NCBI GenBank assembly: GCA_034002925.1
Contig: JAVEZP010000001.1
Coordinates: 132,024 to 196,023 of the forward strand
Origin: Patescibacteria group bacterium
GTDB taxonomy: Bacteria; Patescibacteriota; Patescibacteriia; Patescibacteriales; UBA12465
Direction of reading: 5' to 3'
Length of the DNA: 64,000 bases
In this document: one piece after another, positions 54,532 through 62,670 of the stretch
Numbering within the stretch: the stretch's first letter is position 1
Layout of the letters: the number at the start of each line of letters is the position of its first letter
Translations under genes and position numbers: made by a program
The notes under the pieces: model-generated
Told to the model about the DNA's origin: nothing
What the model saw: only the letters and a program-made list of their open reading frames with translations
Databases searched by the model: none

Positions 54532-55806
54532 CTAATTATTTAATATCTCGTTTATAATATTTTCTGTACCCCGACGAGGTGCATAAAAATAACCATTAAA
54601 TGCCGCTCTAGCTAAACGTCCATTTTTTTGCCAATCAAAAAGCCATTCATTTACGTAATCAACATCTAAAGCATCAATTCCTGAGCCAATTTCCAATAAC
54701 CACTCTCTGTTAAAATGCTCTTGAGAACCAACTGGCTCTGACATAATAATAGGTAAGCCCAGGGCGGTATAAAAACTTAATTCCGAAGGCTTAGTCCATA
54801 AAACATCAGTTTCTCTAAGACATAAATTAAATAAACGAAAATATTCTACCTTTTGTGAATGATATATTATTTGTAAATTATCTAAAGCATCTAAACCTAA
54901 TTCTTTTATTTTAACTTTAAAGTATAAATAAACATCTTCGCGACTACCGGCTATTAAATTTATTTTTATTTTCTTTTCTTTTAATTCTTGCTTAAGGTTT
55001 TTAATAATATTATAAGCTAATTCTCTTTGTGCACCAGCTCCACCAACAGCAAAAGTAAGAGTAAATGTTTTATTTAAATTTTCACTTAATTGTAAATTTT
55101 CTTTTTCTAATAAATTTAAATTTTTATTAATAAAAACCCTTCTTGGATCTAAAAATTTTAATCTATTGCTTAAATCTTTTTTTAAAACTAATTCATCTTC
55201 GCCTTTGTTTTCAAGTGGCAAAGGAAAGCCGCTAATAATTATATTTTCTTCTCTTACTCCATACATCATTAATCTGTTTTTTGTTCGTAAATTACTAGCA
55301 AAATATTTGATTTTACTTTTTTCTGGATTAATAGGCGCCCAAGCACGTGAAATATCTGCATCACAAATAATACAATATATAGGGCCTTTATACTCATAAT
55401 ACTCAGCACTATAAGCTGCCACAAAAAAGCTAGTCACAAAAGGCAAAGGATTTTTATTTAATTTATTAATTAAATTTTTTCCTACTCCTTTTTTAACTGC
55501 CCTGAAGAACATTTTTTGTTGTAAACTTTGTTTTGTTAACAATCTTTTAGGATAAAAAGATTCTATTCTTTGGAAATAGTCCATTATATTAAAAATAAGA
55601 CCACCTAAAAATGGGACTTTTTTAAAATAAGAGATTCTTTCATAAGCTTTACGACTATTATTCCAGTACTTCCTTTCCCACAAACTAGCCCCATCATATT
55701 CATTCAAATTTAAATTACCCTCAAAACTCCAAGATAACAAAGGATAGGCAGCTCTTTGATGACCATAGCCCATATCCACAACCACTAAATGAATTTTTTT
55801 TGACAT
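54532..55806 (-). CDS. glycosyltransferase, GT-B fold (MGDG-synthase/UgtP-like, tentative)
   Basis: N-terminal VVVDMGYGHQRAA resembles the G-x-G-H loop of GT28 diacylglycerol glycosyltransferases. Confidence 0.45.
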   Translation of the reverse strand: MSKKIHLVVVDMGYGHQRAAYPLLSWSFEGNLNLNEYDGASLWERKYWNNSRKAYERISYFKKVPFLGGLIFNIMDYFQRIESFYPKRLLTKQSLQQKMFFRAVKKGVGKNLINKLNKNPLPFVTSFFVAAYSAEYYEYKGPIYCIICDADISRAWAPINPEKSKIKYFASNLRTKNRLMMYGVREENIIISGFPLPLENKGEDELVLKKDLSNRLKFLDPRRVFINKNLNLLEKENLQLSENLNKTFTLTFAVGGAGAQRELAYNIIKNLKQELKEKKIKINLIAGSREDVYLYFKVKIKELGLDALDNLQIIYHSQKVEYFRLFNLCLRETDVLWTKPSELSFYTALGLPIIMSEPVGSQEHFNREWLLEIGSGIDALDVDYVNEWLFDWQKNGRLARAAFNGYFYAPRRGTENIINEILNN

Positions 55807-55876
55807 AAATTTAATTTATGTTTTTATTATACAATAAAAAGAAAGGTACTAAAAGAGCTAGAATAGATAATCTTAT

Positions 55877-55894
55877 TTTTTTGTTTAATATTAG
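55877..55894. repeat. left 18-bp terminal inverted repeat TTTTTTGTTTAATATTAG
   Basis: Perfect reverse complement of 56569-56586. A third copy with 1 mismatch (CTAATATTAAATAAAAAA) lies at 55914-55931. Confidence 0.7.
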
Positions 55895-55944
55895 CTAATT
55901 ATTAATTTTTTAACTAATATTAAATAAAAAATTATAAGACCAAT

Positions 55945-56535
55945 TGTTCCACGTAGAACATTATAAAAAACTGAAATTATTTATTTTTTTTATAATATTA
56001 ACATTGTTCTTTGTAGAACAATTTTAAAAAGATAACTGTTCTGCACAGAACATTAATATTTTTTATTTTCTTTTAAGATTTTATGTTCTTCACAGAACAT
56101 TCATGTATTACATTTTTTAAAAACAAAGTAGTTCTTATTTTTAAAATGCTTATAAGCTTAATTATAGACTTTTTAATGTTCTACACAGAACATTCTGAAA
56201 TATTTTAATTTATTAATAAAAAATTTTTATAGCATGTTAAAGGTATTATTATTTGTTCTACGTAGAACATTTTTTTATAAAACAAATAAAATTCAAGATA
56301 GTGTCTGGTAAACATAAAACAATTCAGATCTATCTCTAAATACTTCCAAAAATAAATCTTTATAAAAAATTTATTTCTAAAAAAGAAAAATTTAAAACAC
56401 AAATTTTTTCTGTTATAAAATAAAAAATTGTTCTACACAGAACAATTTTATATATTTATTTTAGCTTATGTTCTATGTAGAACAAAAATATTTATATTAA
56501 ATAAATTAATATTTTTTAATGTTCTGCGCAGAACA
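55945..56535. repeat. array of nine 16-bp palindromes TGTTCT-N4-AGAACA in AT-rich non-coding DNA
   Basis: Copies at 55945-55960 (TGTTCCACGTAGAACA), 56005-56020, 56037-56052, 56084-56099, 56177-56192, 56254-56269 (TGTTCTACGTAGAACA), 56429-56444, 56469-56484 and 56520-56535. The arms are invariant apart from one T>C. The centre is N-Y-R-N. Spacing is irregular (32-175 bp). Confidence 0.85.
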
Positions 56536-56568
56536 TTAATAATAAATATTTTTTATCAATAAATTAAG

Positions 56569-56586
56569 CTAATATTAAACAAAAAA
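56569..56586. repeat. right 18-bp terminal inverted repeat CTAATATTAAACAAAAAA
   Basis: Perfect reverse complement of 55877-55894. It abuts the tRNA-Ala terminator hairpin (56581-56603). Confidence 0.7.
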
Positions 56587-56607
56587 CCGGAAAACCGGTT
56601 TTATTAG

Positions 56608-56681
56608 TGGACCATAAGGGACTTGAACCCTTGACCTCTTCCATGCCATGGAAGCGCTCTAGCCAACTGAGCTAATGGCCC
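56608..56681 (-). tRNA. tRNA-Ala(GGC)
   Basis: Manual cloverleaf: GGGCCAT acceptor, anticodon loop ATGGCAT, T-arm AAGGG-TTCAAGT-CCCTT. Confidence 0.9.
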
Positions 56682-56729
56682 TATATTTTATATTATTATA
56701 TCCAAGAGAAAATAAAAGTCAACTATTAG

Positions 56730-56801
56730 TGCTCTCGCCAGGAATCGAACCTGGATCTAGAACTTAGGAGGTTCTTGTTTTATCCATTAAACTACGAAAG
56801 C
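56730..56801 (-). tRNA. tRNA-Arg(CCU)
   Basis: Manual cloverleaf: GCTTTCG acceptor, anticodon loop CTCCTAA, T-arm CCAGG-TTCGATT-CCTGG. Confidence 0.85.
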
Positions 56802-56978
56802 CTTAACAAAAACATAATAGCTAAAAAACTTTATTTTTACAACAATAATAAATTATTTATAATAAAATTAAATAAATTTTGACAATAGCCCTAATATATA
56901 TTAATATTATATAGATAGAATATAAAAAATTAAATTTAACAACCTTTTCGCCTTGGGAGGGACGAATGGTTTAAGTTT

Positions 56979-57377
56979 ATGTTTAGCAAAGAAAACAAAA
57001 TTGAAAAATTTAAAGACGCAGAAACTATTATTGGCCCATCAATAAAAGTAAAAGGTAATTTTAATGGTAAGGGAGATATTGTAATTGAAGGAATTTTAGA
57101 AGGATCCTTAAAAACTGATGCTAATGTTTTTATTGGTGAAAAAGCGCGTGTTAACGCTAACATAGAGGCTAGCGAAGCTTTTATTAGCGGAGAAATAAGT
57201 GGTAATATTAAAATTAAAAAATACTTAGCTATCGGAAAAAGCGCTAAAATAACAGGCGATGTCCAATGTGGAGAAATATCTATAGAAAGAGGAGCTTTAA
57301 TCGGTGGTCAAATTATTGTAGCCTTTGAAAACAATAAAAAAAATGATGATAAAAAAACAGCTGAAGTTGAAGTTTAA
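56979..57377 (+). CDS. bactofilin-family cytoskeletal protein
   Basis: Repetitive beta-helix pattern IGPSIKVKGNFNGKGDIVIEGILEGSL...ISGEISGNIKI...ITGDV, typical of DUF583/bactofilin. Confidence 0.8.
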   Translation: MFSKENKIEKFKDAETIIGPSIKVKGNFNGKGDIVIEGILEGSLKTDANVFIGEKARVNANIEASEAFISGEISGNIKIKKYLAIGKSAKITGDVQCGEISIERGALIGGQIIVAFENNKKNDDKKTAEVEV

Positions 57378-57391
57378 GCCCAAAAGATTTT

Positions 57392-58132
57392 ATGAATGTC
57401 TATATTTATGACGATTTTTTAAATAAATCTCGCTATAGACGCGCCTTAGCAAAAGTTGAAATAAGACTAACAGATCTCGGTCTTAATGGCAAAATTATCC
57501 GCCTAGGAGCTATTAAAAATGTTCGCGAGGTAATTCAATCTGAAATTAAAAATGGCGCTAAAAATATTATTGCTGTTGGCAACAACGAAACTGTTAATAA
57601 AGTTGTGAGCGCGATAATGAGCAGTAAAAGTTACGATCTCTTTAAAAAAGAGTTATTGTTTTCTATTATTCCTATTGGAGATAATAATTCAATTGCAGAG
57701 TCTTTAGGAATAAAGAAAAGTGAAGATGCTTGTAATATTATTTTAGCTCGTCGTGTAGAAAATATTAACATTGCATGGGCGGGAAAAAATATTTTTATTA
57801 ATAAATTAGAACTTGTTAATAATGGCTTGAAAATAGAGATTGACAAAAAATACGAAATAGAATTAATAAATAAAAAAAACAGTGCTCAAATTATTAATAT
57901 CGCTGATAAAAAAAGCTTAAACTTTTTTGAAAAAATAAGCCCTCAAGACAATCTATTAAATATCATGATAGATAAAGGAAAAGATGAAACTTTTATAGCT
58001 AGTAAAAATATTAAAATTAAAGGCCTTGGCGAGGTAATTCTTGATTCTTGTTTATTAGAAAAAACCCCAATTGACATAGGTTTGCTTCAGGAAAATTTAA
58101 ACATTATTGTAGGAAAAGAAAGAAGCTTCTAA
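57392..58132 (+). CDS. diacylglycerol-kinase-fold (YegS/LCB5-like) protein with a degenerate catalytic loop
   Basis: IIAVGNNETVNKVVSAI aligns with the DAGK_cat IVVvGGDGTvnEVvNgL. IIPIGDNNSIAESLGI aligns with iiPlGTgNDfAraLGi. GGDGT is replaced by GNNET. Confidence 0.45.
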   Translation: MNVYIYDDFLNKSRYRRALAKVEIRLTDLGLNGKIIRLGAIKNVREVIQSEIKNGAKNIIAVGNNETVNKVVSAIMSSKSYDLFKKELLFSIIPIGDNNSIAESLGIKKSEDACNIILARRVENINIAWAGKNIFINKLELVNNGLKIEIDKKYEIELINKKNSAQIINIADKKSLNFFEKISPQDNLLNIMIDKGKDETFIASKNIKIKGLGEVILDSCLLEKTPIDIGLLQENLNIIVGKERSF

Positions 58133-58158
58133 AAAACCGCTAATAATAGCGGTTTTTT
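58131..58158. terminator. bidirectional intrinsic terminator
   Basis: AAAAAACCGCTA-ATAA-TAGCGGTTTTTT. Confidence 0.85.
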
Positions 58159-58176
58159 CTTGTATTTTAACGTTGT

Positions 58177-58926
58177 TTAAGAAACTATTTGACCTTCAAT
58201 TAAGCTTTTATTTTGATCTTTTTTATTAACCAGACTTTGTTGTAAAACAGTTAATAATGTCAAAATAAACCAATAAAGAGTTAAGCCTCCCGGCAAAGTA
58301 ACACCAATAAATATGGTTAAAGCGGGCATGAAATATAACATTTGTTTATTCATAATCGCCGTCATGCTTTCTGCTTTAGAATTAGTTACTTCTGGTGATT
58401 TAATTTGCTTTCTTTTAGCCATCATCATTTTTGCTTGCCAAAACTGAGCCGCACCAGCTAAAACAGCTAAATAAATAACTGGTTTTGACAAATCCATAAA
58501 ACCTAAAAATGTGCTATTTATAAACTCTGGCTTAGCAATAAAAGGATATACAAGATCAAGGTGTTTATCAATTCCATCTTTAAAAACTTGGAAAACTGCA
58601 ATAAAAAATGGTAACTGAATTAACAAGGGCAAACAAGAAGAAAAAGGGTTAACATTGTTTTTTTTATAAAGACTCATTAATTCTTGCCCCAACAACTGCT
58701 TATCGTCTTTATATTTTGCCTTTAATTCATCTATTTTTGGCTGTATTTCTTGTAATGCTTTCTGAGATTCTATGGATTTCCTTGAAAGAGGCCATAAAAT
58801 AGCTTTAATAATAAAAGTAAGAATAATAATAGCCAAACCAAGGTCTTGAAAAGCTAAATTATTATAAAGAAAAATAACTAAATTCAAAATAGGTTGATAA
58901 AAAATTGTCTGAAAGAGTTGATACAT
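58177..58926 (-). CDS. yidC: membrane protein insertase YidC (short, Oxa1-like form)
   Basis: Five-TM core with SCLPLLIQLPFF, in the conserved context rnpA-yidD-yidC. Confidence 0.9.
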   Translation of the reverse strand: MYQLFQTIFYQPILNLVIFLYNNLAFQDLGLAIIILTFIIKAILWPLSRKSIESQKALQEIQPKIDELKAKYKDDKQLLGQELMSLYKKNNVNPFSSCLPLLIQLPFFIAVFQVFKDGIDKHLDLVYPFIAKPEFINSTFLGFMDLSKPVIYLAVLAGAAQFWQAKMMMAKRKQIKSPEVTNSKAESMTAIMNKQMLYFMPALTIFIGVTLPGGLTLYWFILTLLTVLQQSLVNKKDQNKSLIEGQIVS

Positions 58927-58934
58927 ATATTTTT

Positions 58935-59192
58935 TTATTTAAGGGGGTCATTTCCCCCTTTATTAAAAGGGTTACATCGTAATATTCGCCAAATTGTTTT
59001 TATTCCTCCTTTTATAGGACCATATTTATCTATTGCTTGAATGCCATATTCTGAACAAGTGGGATGAAAACGACAAAAACCATGAGGATAAAATATTTTA
59101 AATGGGCTATGATCAAAAGATAATGTTTTTTGATAAAAACGAATCATCGCAATTATTAATCTAGAAAAAAATCGAAAAATAACATTAACCAT
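58935..59192 (-). CDS. yidD: membrane protein insertion efficiency factor YidD
   Basis: [15 protein letters not shown] signature. Confidence 0.9.
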   Translation of the reverse strand: MVNVIFRFFSRLIIAMIRFYQKTLSFDHSPFKIFYPHGFCRFHPTCSEYGIQAIDKYGPIKGGIKTIWRILRCNPFNKGGNDPLK

Positions 59193-59529
59193 ACTGTTTA
59201 GCTGTTTTTGCTAAAGTTTTTAATAAATCTAGCTTAATATCAACAAAATTAGCCTCTTTAATTGACGGTAGAGCAATTATAACACAATCACAAGAAAAAG
59301 ATAAATTTTGTTGAGCTTCTTTTACAATTAAAAAAATTTGTCTTTTCAATTTATGTCTTTTTGTTGCGCTTTTTTCAATTTTCAAACCTAATATAACAGC
59401 AAATCGAGATTGAGGTAATTTAGTTTTAATCATTTTAACGCCTAAAAACCGCCCATAGGTGCTACGGCCGGTTTGAAAGACTTGATCGAACTCTTTATCT
59501 AGATGTAATTTTTGAGTTTTTGGCAACAT
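59185..59529 (-). CDS. rnpA: ribonuclease P protein component
   Basis: Basic 114-aa protein with the KRHKLKRQI (RNR-like) motif. It overlaps yidD by 8 nt and follows rpmH. Confidence 0.85.
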   Translation of the reverse strand: MLPKTQKLHLDKEFDQVFQTGRSTYGRFLGVKMIKTKLPQSRFAVILGLKIEKSATKRHKLKRQIFLIVKEAQQNLSFSCDCVIIALPSIKEANFVDIKLDLLKTLAKTAKQYG

Positions 59530-59545
59530 GGCTCAAAAACAATTA

Positions 59546-59683
59546 TTATTTAGACAAAACCTTTCTCCCTTTGTCACGACGGCTTTTTAAAACATTTCTA
59601 CCATCTTCTGTACTCATTCTTTTTAAAAATCCATGTTTCTTTTGAGCCCTTTTCTTATTCGGCTGATAAGTTCTTTTCGGCAT
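59546..59683 (-). CDS. rpmH: 50S ribosomal protein L34
   Basis: Too short for the ORF track. My minus-strand translation is [45 protein letters not shown]. Confidence 0.9.
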   Translation of the reverse strand: MPKRTYQPNKKRAQKKHGFLKRMSTEDGRNVLKSRRDKGRKVLSK

Positions 59684-59844
59684 ATTTTCAAATTTATTAA
59701 ATGAATACAAACAACATAACACTATTTTTTTAAAAGGTCAATATTGTTAATTATATTTATTAACTTTTTATTAACACCTTTTAAACAAAAATTTTTATTT
59801 TTTGCTTGTTTATAATATGTTTATCACCTATAATAATATCATAT

Positions 59845-61230
59845 ATGAACAACGAACAAATTTGGAGAGCTGTGTTAGGTGAGTTAGAAATCAGCCTTTC
59901 AAGAGCTAATTTTATTACTTGGTTTAAAGATACTTTTGTATCTTCTTTTGAAAATGAACAAGTTATAATTTGTGTTCCTAATGCTTTTGTTAAAAAATGG
60001 TTAGAAGAAAAATATCATAAAAACATTCTTCATTCCTTAGAAAATATTAGCAAACAAAAAATTAAAGAGATTATTTATAAAATTGAGCTTCAAAAAAATC
60101 ATCAAAAAATTGAAGCGACTACCTCAAACACTAAAAACAAAGAAATAATTAATGAAGAAAAGATTATTAAAAATGAAAACAGTGCTGAAAATAGCTCAAA
60201 ATTTGGCCTAAACCCTCGTTATACTTTTGAAAACTTTATAGTCGGTAAAGGAAATGAGCTGGCCCATGCTGCTTGTCGAGCTGTAGTTAATAATTTAGGC
60301 AAAGCCTATAATCCTCTTTTTATCTATGGTGGAGTTGGTTTAGGAAAAACCCACTTGCTTCAAGCTATTGGCAATGAAGCCTCTAAATTTACTAATAAAA
60401 TTTTATATACTACTAGTGAAAAATTTACCAACAACTATATTCAAGCCGTTCAAACTGGTAAAGCTAAAGAATTTAAAAATGTTTATAGAAATGTTGATTT
60501 ATTATTAATTGATGATGTTCAATTTATGGGCGGAAAAGACGGAACTCAAGAAGAATTTTTTCACACTTTCAACGAGCTTCAACAGGGAGATAAACAAATA
60601 GTAATGACTTCTGATAGGCCACCAAAATCTATACCTGCTATAGAAAAACGCTTAATTTCTCGATTTGAATCTGGTATGGTGGCTGATGTTGGAAAACCAG
60701 ATATTGAAACAAAAATTGCAATCTTAGAAAAAAAATCTTTAGAAAAAAACTTCCCCCTTGATAAAGATGTTTTAATATATGTAGCTAATAATGTACAAAA
60801 CAACATTAGAGAATTAGAAGGAGCATTAAATAAAATTATAGTTATTCATCAATTAAACAATTCTGTTCCCACTTTAAAAAGTATAAAAAATGCTCTTAGT
60901 GATTATGTTTCTGATATACAAAGCAAATCAATGAGTGCTAAAGACATAATAGAGATTGTTGCTCGTTTTTATGAACTAAACATAAAAGAAATTACCGGTA
61001 ATAGTCGTAAAAAAGAGTTAGTAAAACCCAGACAAATATCAGCTTATTTAATAAGAGAAGAGCTTGGGGCCTCTTACCCAAATATTGGACAAGAGCTAGG
61101 GGGAAGAGATCATACCACCGCCATGCACGCTTATAATAAAATAGTAAAAGAAATTAAAGAAAATGAAAACGAAAAACTAAAACAAGAAATAGAATCAATC
61201 AGGCAAAGTTTAAAAAATCAAAGCTATTAA
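59845..61230 (+). CDS. dnaA: chromosomal replication initiator protein DnaA
   Basis: MNNEQIWRAVL start, AAA+ GGVGLGKTHLL, LLIDDVQF, and C-terminal DNA-binding GGRDHTTAMHAYNKI. The track start at 59806 is TTG and less likely. Confidence 0.95.
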   Translation: MNNEQIWRAVLGELEISLSRANFITWFKDTFVSSFENEQVIICVPNAFVKKWLEEKYHKNILHSLENISKQKIKEIIYKIELQKNHQKIEATTSNTKNKEIINEEKIIKNENSAENSSKFGLNPRYTFENFIVGKGNELAHAACRAVVNNLGKAYNPLFIYGGVGLGKTHLLQAIGNEASKFTNKILYTTSEKFTNNYIQAVQTGKAKEFKNVYRNVDLLLIDDVQFMGGKDGTQEEFFHTFNELQQGDKQIVMTSDRPPKSIPAIEKRLISRFESGMVADVGKPDIETKIAILEKKSLEKNFPLDKDVLIYVANNVQNNIRELEGALNKIIVIHQLNNSVPTLKSIKNALSDYVSDIQSKSMSAKDIIEIVARFYELNIKEITGNSRKKELVKPRQISAYLIREELGASYPNIGQELGGRDHTTAMHAYNKIVKEIKENENEKLKQEIESIRQSLKNQSY

Positions 61231-61490
61231 CTGTTTATAAACTCTTAAAAACCTTAACTATTTCTGTTTATTTCTCTTGTATAAATAAACATCTAACTGT
61301 TTAAAACTAAAGATTGTTCACAAGTAAAAAAAGTATCAACAGTTAAGCAAATAAATAATAACAAGAAATTAATAAGTATATACACAAGAAAATAAAGCTA
61401 ATAATAAGAGAAAAAAGTCCAAAAAAACAATTGTGCACACCCCTTATTATTACTATTATTTAATATATATAAATATAACTATATAATAAT
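61231..61490. other. candidate oriC (dnaA-dnaN spacer)
   Basis: Three same-orientation DnaA-box-like 9-mers, each with 1 mismatch to the relaxed consensus TTATNCACA: TTGTTCACA (61314-61322), ATATACACA (61378-61386), TTGTGCACA (61431-61439). A nearly pure A/T stretch follows at 61445-61490. Confidence 0.5.
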
Positions 61491-62612
61491 ATGAAGTTGG
61501 TTTGTCTTCAGAATAATTTAAAAAAAGGTTTAGCTATAGTAAGCCATATAAACAATAAGAATATTAATTTACCAATTCTTAATAACATACTAATTAGAGC
61601 TAATGAGGCTGGAGTTGAATTAATTAGTACTAATTTAGAAATGGGAATAACTCATCAATTAAGAGGTAAGGTTGAAGATTTTGGTGAAATAACCATTGAT
61701 TCTAAATTGTTTAGTGATTATGTTAATTTGTTGCCAGAAGATAAAGTTGAGTTTTTAAGTGAAAAGTTAGATATTAATATTAAATGTGGAAACTATAAAA
61801 CAAAAATGAAAGGAGAAGACGCTAAAGAATTTCCTTTAATACCAATTATAGATAAAAATGATTGTTGTAGTTTAAATATTTTTGATTTTAAAAAAGCTGT
61901 TTCTTCTGTGGTTTTTTCGGTTGCTAGTTCTGATAATAGAATGGAACTTTCTGGTGTGTATTTTAAATTTAATGATAAAAAATTAATTTTAGCAGCTACT
62001 GATAGTTATCGTTTAGCAGAAAAAAGTGTTGATTTAAAAGATAGTAGTATTAAGGATAAAGATATAATTGTTCCCGCTAAAACAGTTAATGAAGTTTTAA
62101 GAATTATTTCTAGTGTTACTTCTGATGTTAAAAATTTAGATTCAGATCTGATAAATATTTGTATTTCTGATAATCAGATTTTGTTTTCATTTTCTTCAGT
62201 TGAGTTAATTTCTAGAACTATTAATGGTCAATATCCTGATTATAAACAAATAATTCCAGATAAATATAAAACAGAGGCTGAAATTTCAAAAGAAGACTTT
62301 TTAAGAGCGGTAAAAGCATCATCTGTTTTTTCAAAAAATGGGGTATATGATGTTTCTTTGGTTTTTCATAAAAAAAACTTAAATATATATTCTTCATCTA
62401 ATCAGAGTGGGGAGAGCTCAATTGATATTCCTTGTGATTTTTCAGGAGATGATAATGATATTGCTATTAATTATCGATATGTTTTAGATGCTTTAAATGT
62501 TATTGAAGGAGAAACTGTTTCTTTGAAGGTTATAAACAACAACACTCCTTGTCAGATATCGTCTCCAAATGATGAATCTTATTTATATATTATTATGCCT
62601 ATTAGAAATTAA
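61491..62612 (+). CDS. dnaN: DNA polymerase III beta sliding clamp
   Basis: Three-domain 373-aa protein. LAATDSYRLA motif and the position after dnaA. Confidence 0.9.
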   Translation: MKLVCLQNNLKKGLAIVSHINNKNINLPILNNILIRANEAGVELISTNLEMGITHQLRGKVEDFGEITIDSKLFSDYVNLLPEDKVEFLSEKLDINIKCGNYKTKMKGEDAKEFPLIPIIDKNDCCSLNIFDFKKAVSSVVFSVASSDNRMELSGVYFKFNDKKLILAATDSYRLAEKSVDLKDSSIKDKDIIVPAKTVNEVLRIISSVTSDVKNLDSDLINICISDNQILFSFSSVELISRTINGQYPDYKQIIPDKYKTEAEISKEDFLRAVKASSVFSKNGVYDVSLVFHKKNLNIYSSSNQSGESSIDIPCDFSGDDNDIAINYRYVLDALNVIEGETVSLKVINNNTPCQISSPNDESYLYIIMPIRN

Positions 62613-62628
62613 ATTAAGATTAATAATT

Positions 62629-62658
62629 AAAAAAACCATCTTTAAAGATGGTTTTTTT
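62629..62658. terminator. bidirectional intrinsic terminator
   Basis: AAAAAAACCATCTTT/AAAGATGGTTTTTTT. Confidence 0.85.
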
Positions 62659-62670
62659 GTTTGATTTAAA

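Noticed and set aside
56205-56402. 65-aa ORF on the minus strand inside the palindrome island
   Set aside because: It is a Phe/Lys/Tyr/Ile-rich translation of >80% AT DNA, has no SD, and spans one of the palindromes. This is the expected chance ORF for this composition.
55945-56535. Could the nine-repeat region be a CRISPR array?
   Set aside because: The repeats are only 16-18 bp and fully palindromic with a variable centre. Spacing is highly irregular (14-159 bp between copies), the intervening DNA is low-complexity A/T, and no cas genes are in the window.
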